A stretch of 64,000 bases of DNA. Origin: an uncultured Gammaproteobacteria bacterium (GTDB taxonomy: Bacteria > Patescibacteriota > Microgenomatia > Levybacterales > GWA1-39-11). Shown one piece after another: positions 56,810 to 64,000 of this stretch (the first letter of the stretch is position 1; the number at the start of each line of letters is the position of its first letter). The stretch covers positions 87,858 to 151,857 of the forward strand of contig CAZXND010000001.1 in the NCBI GenBank assembly GCA_964641355.1, given 5' to 3'. A model generated the notes under the pieces. That model worked only from the letters and a program-made list of their open reading frames with translations. It did not search any database and had not been told where the DNA came from. Position numbers and translations under genes: made by a program.

Positions 56810-58519
56810 GTGAAAACTTTTGCACTCAAACTAATATTTACCGTAATAATTATTTTTTTTATTTCAAAACCCGCATTAGCGGATTCACCCTGGGTTATTA
56901 ATAATTTCAACAGTAATATTAATATCGAAAAATCAGGAAAAATTATTATTGAAGAAAAAATAAATCTTAATTTTAAAACTTTAGAAAAACATGGAATTTA
57001 CAGAGATATTCCCATCGTATATAACCAAAACGGGAAAAAAATATATACAAAATTACAAGTTTTGAAAATTGAAAAAAATGATGTACCTGAAAAATATTCG
57101 GTTTCAAACAATGGAAATAATTTAAGAATAAGAATTGGAGATCCCAATAAAACTGTGCACGGGTTTCAAGAATACTCAATTATTTATTCTGTAATTGGAG
57201 TTATCTCATCCCATAAAGACTTTGATGAATTTTATTGGAATGTTACAGGAAATAACTGGGAAGCAGATATTTTACATACTGAGGCGAAAATCACACTACC
57301 CGAGAATCTCATTATCCAAACATCTTGTTATGAAGGCGTCTTTAGATCTATAGAAAAATGCGATGCTAAAAACACAAAGAAAGATGCCGCTTTCAGCTCT
57401 AAAAGGACTTTAATATCAGGGGAAGGATTTACCATTGCAGTAGGATTCAAAAAAGGAATAATTAAAATCTTATCAGGAAAGACTTTTTACAACACGCTGC
57501 AAGAATTATCTTTCTTCTATTACATTCTCTTTTTTCTAACTCCTATTGCTCTTTCTCTTTTTATTTTAGTTAAAAAATGGCGTGAAAGTGGACGAGATTC
57601 AAGATTAAATACAGATAATGTAATTGTAGTTGAATACGAATCACCAAATAAACTCCGCCCTGCTGAAATAGGAGTGCTTATTGATGAAAAAGCTGACACA
57701 AAAGACGTGACATCAACTATTATCGACCTTGCAGAACGTGGTTTCTTGACAATAAGGGAAATAAAAAAAAGTTGGATGTTTGGAAAAAACGACTATGAAC
57801 TTACTAAAAAAACAAAGGATAAAAAAAATCTTCTGACATATGAGCGACTTCTTTTAGATAAACTTTTTGAGAGTAGAAGCACTTTAAAAACCTCTAATTT
57901 AAAATACAAATTCTATAAGGAAATGGCAAAGATCAAAGATTCCCTTTATGAGGAGCTCGTAAACAAAAACCTATTCCCAAAAAATCCGGAAAAAGTAAGA
58001 ACATTTTACTTAGTTATTGCCATAATAACCATTATCATCTCTATCCTTATTTTCTTTACATCCATATCTACTCAAATTTTTGCACTTATTGCCCTTTCCT
58101 CTGGTATTTTAGTAAGTGGTCTAATAACTCTAATATTCTCAAAAATTATGCCAAGAAGAACTGTATTGGGTTACGAATTATATAGGAAAGCTTTAGGATA
58201 TAAACTATTCTTAGATCGTGCAGAGAGTTACAAACAAAGATTCTTTGAAAGTAAAAATTTAATAAATGAGGTTCTTCCTTATACTATCGCGTTTGGGATG
58301 ACTAAAAAGTTTTCAGAAGCAATGAAAGAAATAGGACTTGAGAAGGAAATGGGAAAAGGATTTTATCACGGTGCAACTTTCAATTCTATTTCTTCCAGTT
58401 TGGACGCCTTATCCTCATCTTTATCATCTGCAATCTCTTCTGCTCCCACATCTAGTGGGTCAGGTGGAGGAGGGTCTTCAGGAGGAGGTTTTGGGGGTGG
58501 TGGTGGAGGCAGCTGGTAA
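56810..58519 (+). CDS. DUF2207 (YciQ-like) membrane protein
   Basis: Signal peptide, HGIYRDIP, FYWNVTG..W, TIIDLAERG, LPYTIAFG, GGGFGGGGGGSW end. Confidence 0.9.
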   Translation: MKTFALKLIFTVIIIFFISKPALADSPWVINNFNSNINIEKSGKIIIEEKINLNFKTLEKHGIYRDIPIVYNQNGKKIYTKLQVLKIEKNDVPEKYSVSNNGNNLRIRIGDPNKTVHGFQEYSIIYSVIGVISSHKDFDEFYWNVTGNNWEADILHTEAKITLPENLIIQTSCYEGVFRSIEKCDAKNTKKDAAFSSKRTLISGEGFTIAVGFKKGIIKILSGKTFYNTLQELSFFYYILFFLTPIALSLFILVKKWRESGRDSRLNTDNVIVVEYESPNKLRPAEIGVLIDEKADTKDVTSTIIDLAERGFLTIREIKKSWMFGKNDYELTKKTKDKKNLLTYERLLLDKLFESRSTLKTSNLKYKFYKEMAKIKDSLYEELVNKNLFPKNPEKVRTFYLVIAIITIIISILIFFTSISTQIFALIALSSGILVSGLITLIFSKIMPRRTVLGYELYRKALGYKLFLDRAESYKQRFFESKNLINEVLPYTIAFGMTKKFSEAMKEIGLEKEMGKGFYHGATFNSISSSLDALSSSLSSAISSAPTSSGSGGGGSSGGGFGGGGGGSW

Positions 58520-58534
58520 TGATATAATAAAATT

Positions 58535-58759
58535 ATGAAGTATTGGTTTCAGTCAAAATGGTATGGTTGGTATCCATCTTCCTGGCAGGGTTGGATCGTC
58601 ACTCTAGCCTATTGCATAGTTACAGTATATCTACTTTTAAACTCTAACGATCCAAAGTCTACAATAAATACCATTCTTTCATTTGTACCTAAATTCTTAG
58701 TGTTAAATATCGTTTTTATGACTATTTACTTCTTCACTGGACCTCGACCTAAAAAATGA
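58535..58759 (+). CDS. Small two-TM membrane protein
   Basis: WF..KWYGWYPSSWQGW motif, two hydrophobic segments; leaderless-type -10. Confidence 0.75.
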   Translation: MKYWFQSKWYGWYPSSWQGWIVTLAYCIVTVYLLLNSNDPKSTINTILSFVPKFLVLNIVFMTIYFFTGPRPKK

Positions 58760-58818
58760 TATATTTCGTACCACTTGTGCATCCTGATTAAACAGGTTAA
58801 AATTTTTAAATTATTTTT

Positions 58819-58995
58819 ATGAAACCCGAGAAAAACGGTCATTACAGCGAACAAAAAGGACACCAATTAAGAGGAGCTTGGAATAGGGCTGCAAAACAAG
58901 CCCCAGGAATTGCTCGAGGACAACTAATAATTGATCAAGTTAGATTTCTTGAATCTCGTCGAAGGATGCGCAGAGTAAGTAGAGACGGAAAATAA
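58819..58995 (+). CDS. Putative 58-aa basic protein (not in the ORF track)
   Basis: MKPEKNGHYSEQKGHQLRGAWNRAAKQAPGIARGQLIIDQVRFLESRRRMRRVSRDGK*; TTGTGC-17 nt-TAAAAT upstream. Confidence 0.5.
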   Translation: MKPEKNGHYSEQKGHQLRGAWNRAAKQAPGIARGQLIIDQVRFLESRRRMRRVSRDGK

Positions 58996-59003
58996 CATAT
59001 CAC

Positions 59004-59342
59004 CTAACCTCTTGATAAACCGTGAAGAAATGAACCAACTAGAGATACCACTAAGCTAAATAAAAGAGCCCACCAAAAATTCTCAACAAAAAAACCAGGT
59101 ACGATAATTGAAGTTAACATAACAAGTAATGCATTGATCACAAAAATAAAAAAACCTAAAGTTAAGATATTTATTGGAAGAGTTAGAATAATTAGAATTG
59201 GCTTAATAAAAGTATTTATGGCACCAAGAACTATTGCAATAATTACAATTGTTATCCAATTTTCCACCTTAATGCCAGGAAGAATCTTCGCAGCAACAAA
59301 TACAGCAATACTCGAAAGTAGAAGATTAAGAAGAATATGCAT
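59004..59342 (-). CDS. YvlD/DUF360 (phage-holin-family 4-TM) membrane protein
   Basis: INTFIKPIL..LTLPINILTLG..VINA..VPGF..FWWALL. Confidence 0.88.
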   Translation of the reverse strand: MHILLNLLLSSIAVFVAAKILPGIKVENWITIVIIAIVLGAINTFIKPILIILTLPINILTLGFFIFVINALLVMLTSIIVPGFFVENFWWALLFSLVVSLVGSFLHGLSRG

Positions 59343-59343
59343 T

Positions 59344-59823
59344 CTATTGCGCTTTTAAATCACCGCATGCAACGTAATTCTTTGATTCCTGAACCGACTT
59401 ATGTATGTTAAAAGCGAGCGGTAATTCTTCCAAAATTTGCTCCAGAGTTACATTTAAAGTCGTTTCGGATCTACCATTAAGAACTGGAGATAACGGGTAC
59501 TTAACTACTCCAGGAGCAGGACATTTACCAACATGGATGTGAGCTGGCTGCTCGACTCCAGTAGGAGACCCATTAACTTCCAAAATTATTATAACTTTTC
59601 CGTCTTGATCAGAAATAGTTGCAGTTCCAGACTCAGCAGAAGAATTTTGCTCTAAAAGATTTATAGTAACCTTTGATATTCCTGCCGATTGAGAAGATTT
59701 CTTAGTACTGACCTGCGTTGGCGTTATCTTGCTATCACCATAGTTCTGCAATCCCCCTTTTAACAAAAGAAAACCGCATATTACCATGATAAGTAAAATT
59801 ATCGCTATTACAACGTTTCTCAC
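59344..59823 (-). CDS. Exported CHRD/Cu-Zn-SOD-fold-like protein
   Basis: N-terminal TM; SGTATI, QPAHIHVGKC, FNIHKS, VACGDL. Confidence 0.6.
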   Translation of the reverse strand: MRNVVIAIILLIMVICGFLLLKGGLQNYGDSKITPTQVSTKKSSQSAGISKVTINLLEQNSSAESGTATISDQDGKVIIILEVNGSPTGVEQPAHIHVGKCPAPGVVKYPLSPVLNGRSETTLNVTLEQILEELPLAFNIHKSVQESKNYVACGDLKAQ

Positions 59824-59885
59824 ATCATATTTATATGACTTAACGTTTTTTTTGTCAAGTTTTATAATCTGTTAAAATAACTTAA

Positions 59886-60623
59886 GTGAGTTTTTGGAGA
59901 AAATTTGTGATCCCATTCTTTTTAATAATAATCATAGTAATTTCTATAAATATTTTTATCTTATTTTTGAGAATAAATATTGGAAGACAAATAGCAAAAG
60001 AATCCATTCCATTTCAACATCTAGATAGAAATGCAAAATACAAAGCTCTATTTGCTGGAGATAGCACTGCAGTTGGAACTGGAGCAAAGTCACCAAACGA
60101 CTCTATCGCGGGAAGGTTCTACAAAGATAATCCGAGTTTTGAGGTAATTAATATCGGTAAAAATGGCTTAAAAACATCTGAGCTTATTCCACTATTAAAA
60201 CAACAAAAAGAAAAATTTGATTTAGTTATTATACAGATTGGGGGCAACGACATACTAGGACTCGCTGATATCAACGACTTATCAAAGGAAATCAATACAG
60301 TACTTAAACTTTCCAAATCCTTGTCAAATAAAGTCGTTCTTATTACCGCAGGCAATGTAGGACTTGCGCCTTTTTTTCCAAAACCTTTTAATTTTCTGTA
60401 TACACAAAAAACTAAAGAAGTAAGAAACGTTTTTATTCAAGCTGCTAAAAAAGAACAAGTCTACTATATTGATTTATATAAAAATAAGGAAGATGATATA
60501 TTTTCAAAAAATCCATCCAAATTTTATGCAAAGGACATGCTACATCCAAATTCCGAAGGATATAGGATTTGGTATATGCAGCTTAAAAAAACGATAGATA
60601 AAATGAGATTAGTGGGTGATTAA
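59886..60623 (+). CDS. SGNH/GDSL hydrolase, membrane anchored
   Basis: AGDSTAVG, G block, IGGND, DMLHP. Confidence 0.92.
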   Translation: MSFWRKFVIPFFLIIIIVISINIFILFLRINIGRQIAKESIPFQHLDRNAKYKALFAGDSTAVGTGAKSPNDSIAGRFYKDNPSFEVINIGKNGLKTSELIPLLKQQKEKFDLVIIQIGGNDILGLADINDLSKEINTVLKLSKSLSNKVVLITAGNVGLAPFFPKPFNFLYTQKTKEVRNVFIQAAKKEQVYYIDLYKNKEDDIFSKNPSKFYAKDMLHPNSEGYRIWYMQLKKTIDKMRLVGD

Positions 60624-61613
60624 GTTTTGAAGATTTCCCTGAATAAACGATTCTATATTTTCGCAAGTTATTTCCGCAATTCTTTTTAATGATTCGACGC
60701 TATTAAATGCATTATGAGGTGTAATCAGAACATTAGGATTTTTCAAAAGAAAATGATTCTCTATAATTCCCATTAACTCTTGACTGTTGTAATTAGAATA
60801 AAAAAGCTCTGCTTCTTCTTTTAACATAGGTTCTTCTTCCAAAACGTCCAGTCCACAAGCAGATATTTTTTTAGAATTAAGATGATAGATGAGAGCTCTA
60901 GTATCAATTATCGCACCTCTTGCTGTATTTATTAAAACGACACCATCTTTCATTTTCGCTATTTTTTCATCGTCTATAAAATGGTGAGTTTCTTTGTTGT
61001 AAGGAATGTGAAGAGTTATAATGTCAGACTCGGATAACAATCGATCAAGACTCACAGCTTCGAAATTTAAAACCTCAGCAAGCTCTTGGTCGGGATGTTT
61101 TTGATAAGCAAGCACTCTCATTCCAAAACCATTTGCTATTTTCACAACATTTTTTCCTATATTTCCAACACCAATTACTCCTATTATTTTTTCTTTTAAA
61201 TCAAATCCAGTAAGACCATCTGGGGAAAAATTTCCATCTTTAACCCTTTTATAAGACTCGACAATCTTTCTTGATATAGAAAGAATTAATGCGAAGGTGT
61301 GCTCTGCAACAGTATGTTCTCCGTAGGTTGGGATATTTGCCACCACAATATTTCTATTTTTTGCCTCCTCAATGTCAATATGATCATAACCAGTAGACAT
61401 CGTAACTATGCATTTTAAGTTAGGGAGTTGATCAATAATTTCCTTTTTAACTTGTGAGTAGATGAATATGACTACTATTTCTGCGCTTGAAAAATCAGCA
61501 AGATTTGCCTCGTTAATTGTTTTGTCTGTAAAAGATATTTTATTTCCCCCACTTAGTCTTTCTTCAAAAAAACTTTTATCAGACTCTTTTGTTTCAAAAA
61601 ATGCTATATCCAT
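60609..61613 (-). CDS. D-lactate / D-2-hydroxyacid dehydrogenase
   Basis: STGYDHID, VAEH, GVGNIG, LINTARG, LDVLEEEP, ITPHNAF. Confidence 0.92.
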   Translation of the reverse strand: MDIAFFETKESDKSFFEERLSGGNKISFTDKTINEANLADFSSAEIVVIFIYSQVKKEIIDQLPNLKCIVTMSTGYDHIDIEEAKNRNIVVANIPTYGEHTVAEHTFALILSISRKIVESYKRVKDGNFSPDGLTGFDLKEKIIGVIGVGNIGKNVVKIANGFGMRVLAYQKHPDQELAEVLNFEAVSLDRLLSESDIITLHIPYNKETHHFIDDEKIAKMKDGVVLINTARGAIIDTRALIYHLNSKKISACGLDVLEEEPMLKEEAELFYSNYNSQELMGIIENHFLLKNPNVLITPHNAFNSVESLKRIAEITCENIESFIQGNLQNLITH

Positions 61614-61659
61614 AATACATTTTTGATTTTACATTAAAGAATTAATCTAATCAAGAAGG

Positions 61660-62517
61660 TTAGAACCAGGACTTCTTAGAAGATTCTTTTTGAAATTCCT
61701 CAAGAATCTCTTTTTCTCGATGGCTTAATTTTATAGGAATTTTAACTTTTATTTTAATAAATTGATCCCCTTTATTTTTATCTTTAATATGTTTTACTCC
61801 TTTTCCTCTTAATCTAATTATGGATTCTGGCTGGGTTCCTTGAGGAATCCTTATTTTTACTTTACCGTCGATCGTATCAACCTCGGTAGTTCCTCCAAGA
61901 GCAGCATAAGTAAAAGGAATCTCACTCTCTGTAATAATATCGTATCCTTCTCTCCTAAATCTTGGGTGAGGCGAAACACTTATTACTAAATCAAAGTCAT
62001 CAAATCTAATTCTTGACCCATTATCGACTCCTGCAGGTATTTTGATTTCTCTTGATTTTCCTTGAATATTCACTTTCTTTTGTATACCTCTAATTGCTTC
62101 CATAAAATCTAAATTAATAGAGTAAGAAGGTTTCCTTCTACCAAAAGGTGATCCTCCGAAAAATTGCTCGAATATATCAAATGGATCTGAAAATCCCCCA
62201 AAATCCCCTGCTTCCTGATCACCGTAATAAGTATAATTAAAAGGACCTTGGCCGTATGTCCTTCCTCCAAACCCTCCACTAAAAGGGCCCTGACCACCAT
62301 TGAAGGCGTTATGACCAAACTGATCATAAGCCTGCTTTTTTTGTGGATCGGATAAGACTTCGTAGGCTTCGTTTATTTCTTTGAATTTTTCTTCTGCTTC
62401 TTTTGTTTTGTTTCTATCTGGATGATATTCAAGTGCTAATTTTCTATAAGCTTTTTTAATCTCAGTTTCAGTTGCATCTTTTTTAACACCCAATACTTCG
62501 TAAAAATCTTTTTTCAT
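61660..62517 (-). CDS. dnaJ: DnaJ-class chaperone lacking the zinc finger (class B)
   Basis: J domain HPD, G/F region, C-terminal domain; no CxxCxGxG repeats. Confidence 0.9.
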   Translation of the reverse strand: MKKDFYEVLGVKKDATETEIKKAYRKLALEYHPDRNKTKEAEEKFKEINEAYEVLSDPQKKQAYDQFGHNAFNGGQGPFSGGFGGRTYGQGPFNYTYYGDQEAGDFGGFSDPFDIFEQFFGGSPFGRRKPSYSINLDFMEAIRGIQKKVNIQGKSREIKIPAGVDNGSRIRFDDFDLVISVSPHPRFRREGYDIITESEIPFTYAALGGTTEVDTIDGKVKIRIPQGTQPESIIRLRGKGVKHIKDKNKGDQFIKIKVKIPIKLSHREKEILEEFQKESSKKSWF

Positions 62518-62545
62518 CTGAATTTAAATATATTTTAGCATGAAC

Positions 62546-62573
62546 AAATAAAAACCTCGGACATCCGAGGTTT
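62546..62573 (-). terminator. Intrinsic terminator after dnaK
   Basis: AAACCTCGGA-TG-TCCGAGGTTT followed by TTATTT. Confidence 0.8.
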
Positions 62574-62598
62574 AAATTAAATTTGATTTAGCAAATAA

Positions 62599-64000
62599 TT
62601 AATTTTTTTCTTCATCAACCACTTCACCTTCAACAGGACCCTCTTTATCATCAGGGTTATTCTGCTTAGAATTGTCAGATTCCTGATTACCACTGTCCTG
62701 ATTTTTGTAGATTTGCTCACCCATCTTTGAAAGAGCAGTAGAAAGATCACTTGTCTTTACTTCTATTTCTTCCTTTTCTGCTGTATCAAGAATAGATTTA
62801 AGATTTGATATTTTTTCTTCGATTTCCTTTTTAAGATCGTCGTTTACTTTCCCTTCATTATCTTTTAATGATTTTTCTGCCGAGAAAATTAAATTATCGG
62901 CATTATTTCTAACCTCGATTTTTTCTTTCTTTTTCAGATCTTCTTCAGCATTCATTTCGGCTTCTTTTGTCATCTTCTCAATTTCTTCTTTAGATAAACC
63001 TGTTGATCCTGTTATTTTTATACTTTGCTCTTTTCCAGTAGCGTTATCCTTTGCTGTAACAGAAAGAATTCCTGATGCGTCAAGATCAAATGCAACTTCA
63101 ATCTGTGGCACGCCTCTAGGAGCAGGGGGTATACCATCTAACACAAATCTTCCAAGCGATTTATTATCTGCAGCCATAGGACGCTCTCCTTGGACTACAT
63201 TTATTTCGACTTGTGTTTGATTGTCACCTGCAGTTGAAAATACTTGGGACTTTTTAGTAGGAACCGTGGTGTTTCTTGGAATAAGTGGTGTAGCTACTCC
63301 GCCTAAAGTTTCTATTCCAAGAGTCAAGGGTGTCACATCAAGAAGAAGAACGTCTTTTACTTCCCCACCAAGTACTCCTGCTTGAACCGCAGCACCAACT
63401 GCAACTACCTCATCAGGATTAACGCTCTTATTTGGTTCCTTCCCAAAGAATTTAGTAACTTCGTCAATAATTTTAGGCATTCTTGTCATCCCTCCAACAA
63501 GTATCACCTCGTTAACATCTGATGCTTTAACACCAGCATCTGTTAAACATTTCTTAACAGGCTCAAAAGTACCAGTAATAAGATCTCCCACGAGCTGTTC
63601 TAACTTAGCTCTAGTTATCTTCATGTTTAAATGGAGAGGGCCAGAAGGACCCATTGTTATGAAGGGTTGGTTAATCTCTGCTTCAAGAGAAGTGGAAAGT
63701 TCTATTTTTGCTTTTTCTGCTGCTTCTTTAAGTCTTTGAAGTGCTTGTGGGTCTGCCTTTAAGTCTATACCATTCTCACGTTTAAATTCTTCTGCAAGAT
63801 AATTAATTATTTTTTTATCAAAATCGTCTCCTCCAAGGTGAGTATCCCCATTTGTTGCCTTTACTTCATAAACACCTTCTCCAAGCTCTAAAACAGAAAC
63901 GTCAAAGGTCCCTCCACCAAGGTCGTAAACAACTATTGTATGTGCATGTTTTTTATCAAGACCATAAGCAAGAGCTGCAGCAGTAGGTTCATTAACTATA
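62599..64000 (-). CDS. dnaK: Chaperone DnaK (5' part outside the window)
   Basis: Frame open to the window edge ([30 protein letters not shown]), [29 protein letters not shown]. Confidence 0.98.
   Translation of the reverse strand, partial: IVNEPTAAALAYGLDKKHAHTIVVYDLGGGTFDVSVLELGEGVYEVKATNGDTHLGGDDFDKKIINYLAEEFKRENGIDLKADPQALQRLKEAAEKAKIELSTSLEAEINQPFITMGPSGPLHLNMKITRAKLEQLVGDLITGTFEPVKKCLTDAGVKASDVNEVILVGGMTRMPKIIDEVTKFFGKEPNKSVNPDEVVAVGAAVQAGVLGGEVKDVLLLDVTPLTLGIETLGGVATPLIPRNTTVPTKKSQVFSTAGDNQTQVEINVVQGERPMAADNKSLGRFVLDGIPPAPRGVPQIEVAFDLDASGILSVTAKDNATGKEQSIKITGSTGLSKEEIEKMTKEAEMNAEEDLKKKEKIEVRNNADNLIFSAEKSLKDNEGKVNDDLKKEIEEKISNLKSILDTAEKEEIEVKTSDLSTALSKMGEQIYKNQDSGNQESDNSKQNNPDDKEGPVEGEVVDEEKN

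Noticed and set aside
58455-58515. G-rich GGW repeat tract
   Set aside because: Encodes the standard Gly-rich C-terminus of DUF2207 proteins.
16011-59342. Prophage suggested by the SLT, baseplate-J-like and holin-family genes
   Set aside because: The genes are scattered over 43 kb among housekeeping genes; no integrase, terminase, capsid or tail genes were seen.
2839-62327. Many 60-170 aa ORFs antisense to, or out of frame within, conserved genes (for example 2839-3171, 9868-10329, 12508-13023, 14797-15123, 21447-21698, 52174-52605)
   Set aside because: They lie within or almost wholly overlap well-supported genes and show no recognisable motifs; typical shadow ORFs.
1-64000. Alternative genetic code (UGA=Gly, as in Gracilibacteria/SR1)
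   Set aside because: Conserved genes translate intact in code 11, and TGA serves as a stop (for example 11514, 38121, 45172).
1-64000. rRNA, tRNA, CRISPR arrays, IS elements, introns or inteins
   Set aside because: Intergenic gaps are short and none showed the required signatures by eye; a tRNAscan/Infernal run would be the definitive test.

Overview
AT-rich bacterial chromosomal core region, almost all on the minus strand. Gene content points to a Candidate Phyla Radiation/Patescibacteria organism, probably Microgenomates (inference from missing rpmD/L30, N-truncated IF2, AlaRS without C-Ala, AMP phosphorylase, ATP-citrate lyase and sortase). It uses genetic code 11. The window holds the S10-spc ribosomal cluster with an unannotated rpmJ relocated between rplX and rplE. 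The str operon is split into separately promoted pieces (rpsL-rpsG | fusA | tuf-rpsJ | rplC...) by inserted metabolic and envelope genes. Also present: rpoBC, an alaS-(FtsA-like/baseplate-J-like)-sortase-AMP phosphorylase-mltG cluster, a nusA-infB-(degenerate DHH)-rpsO-pnp-(protease-less Lon)-rnj-ftsK-rodZ cluster, and dnaK (partial)-dnaJ. No rRNA, tRNA, CRISPR or mobile element was seen. Most notable signals: (i) at least 15 genes look leaderless (-10 box 6-7 nt before the start codon), while the high-expression genes rplC, tuf, fusA, rpoB and nusA have short 5' leaders with hairpins, mostly followed by a U-tract; (ii) a structured candidate attenuator/r-leader with a uORF before rplC; (iii) the baseplate-J/sortase/MltG envelope module; (iv) an AAA-only Lon between PNPase and RNase J. 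Protein calls come from motif recognition only; no database searches were run.
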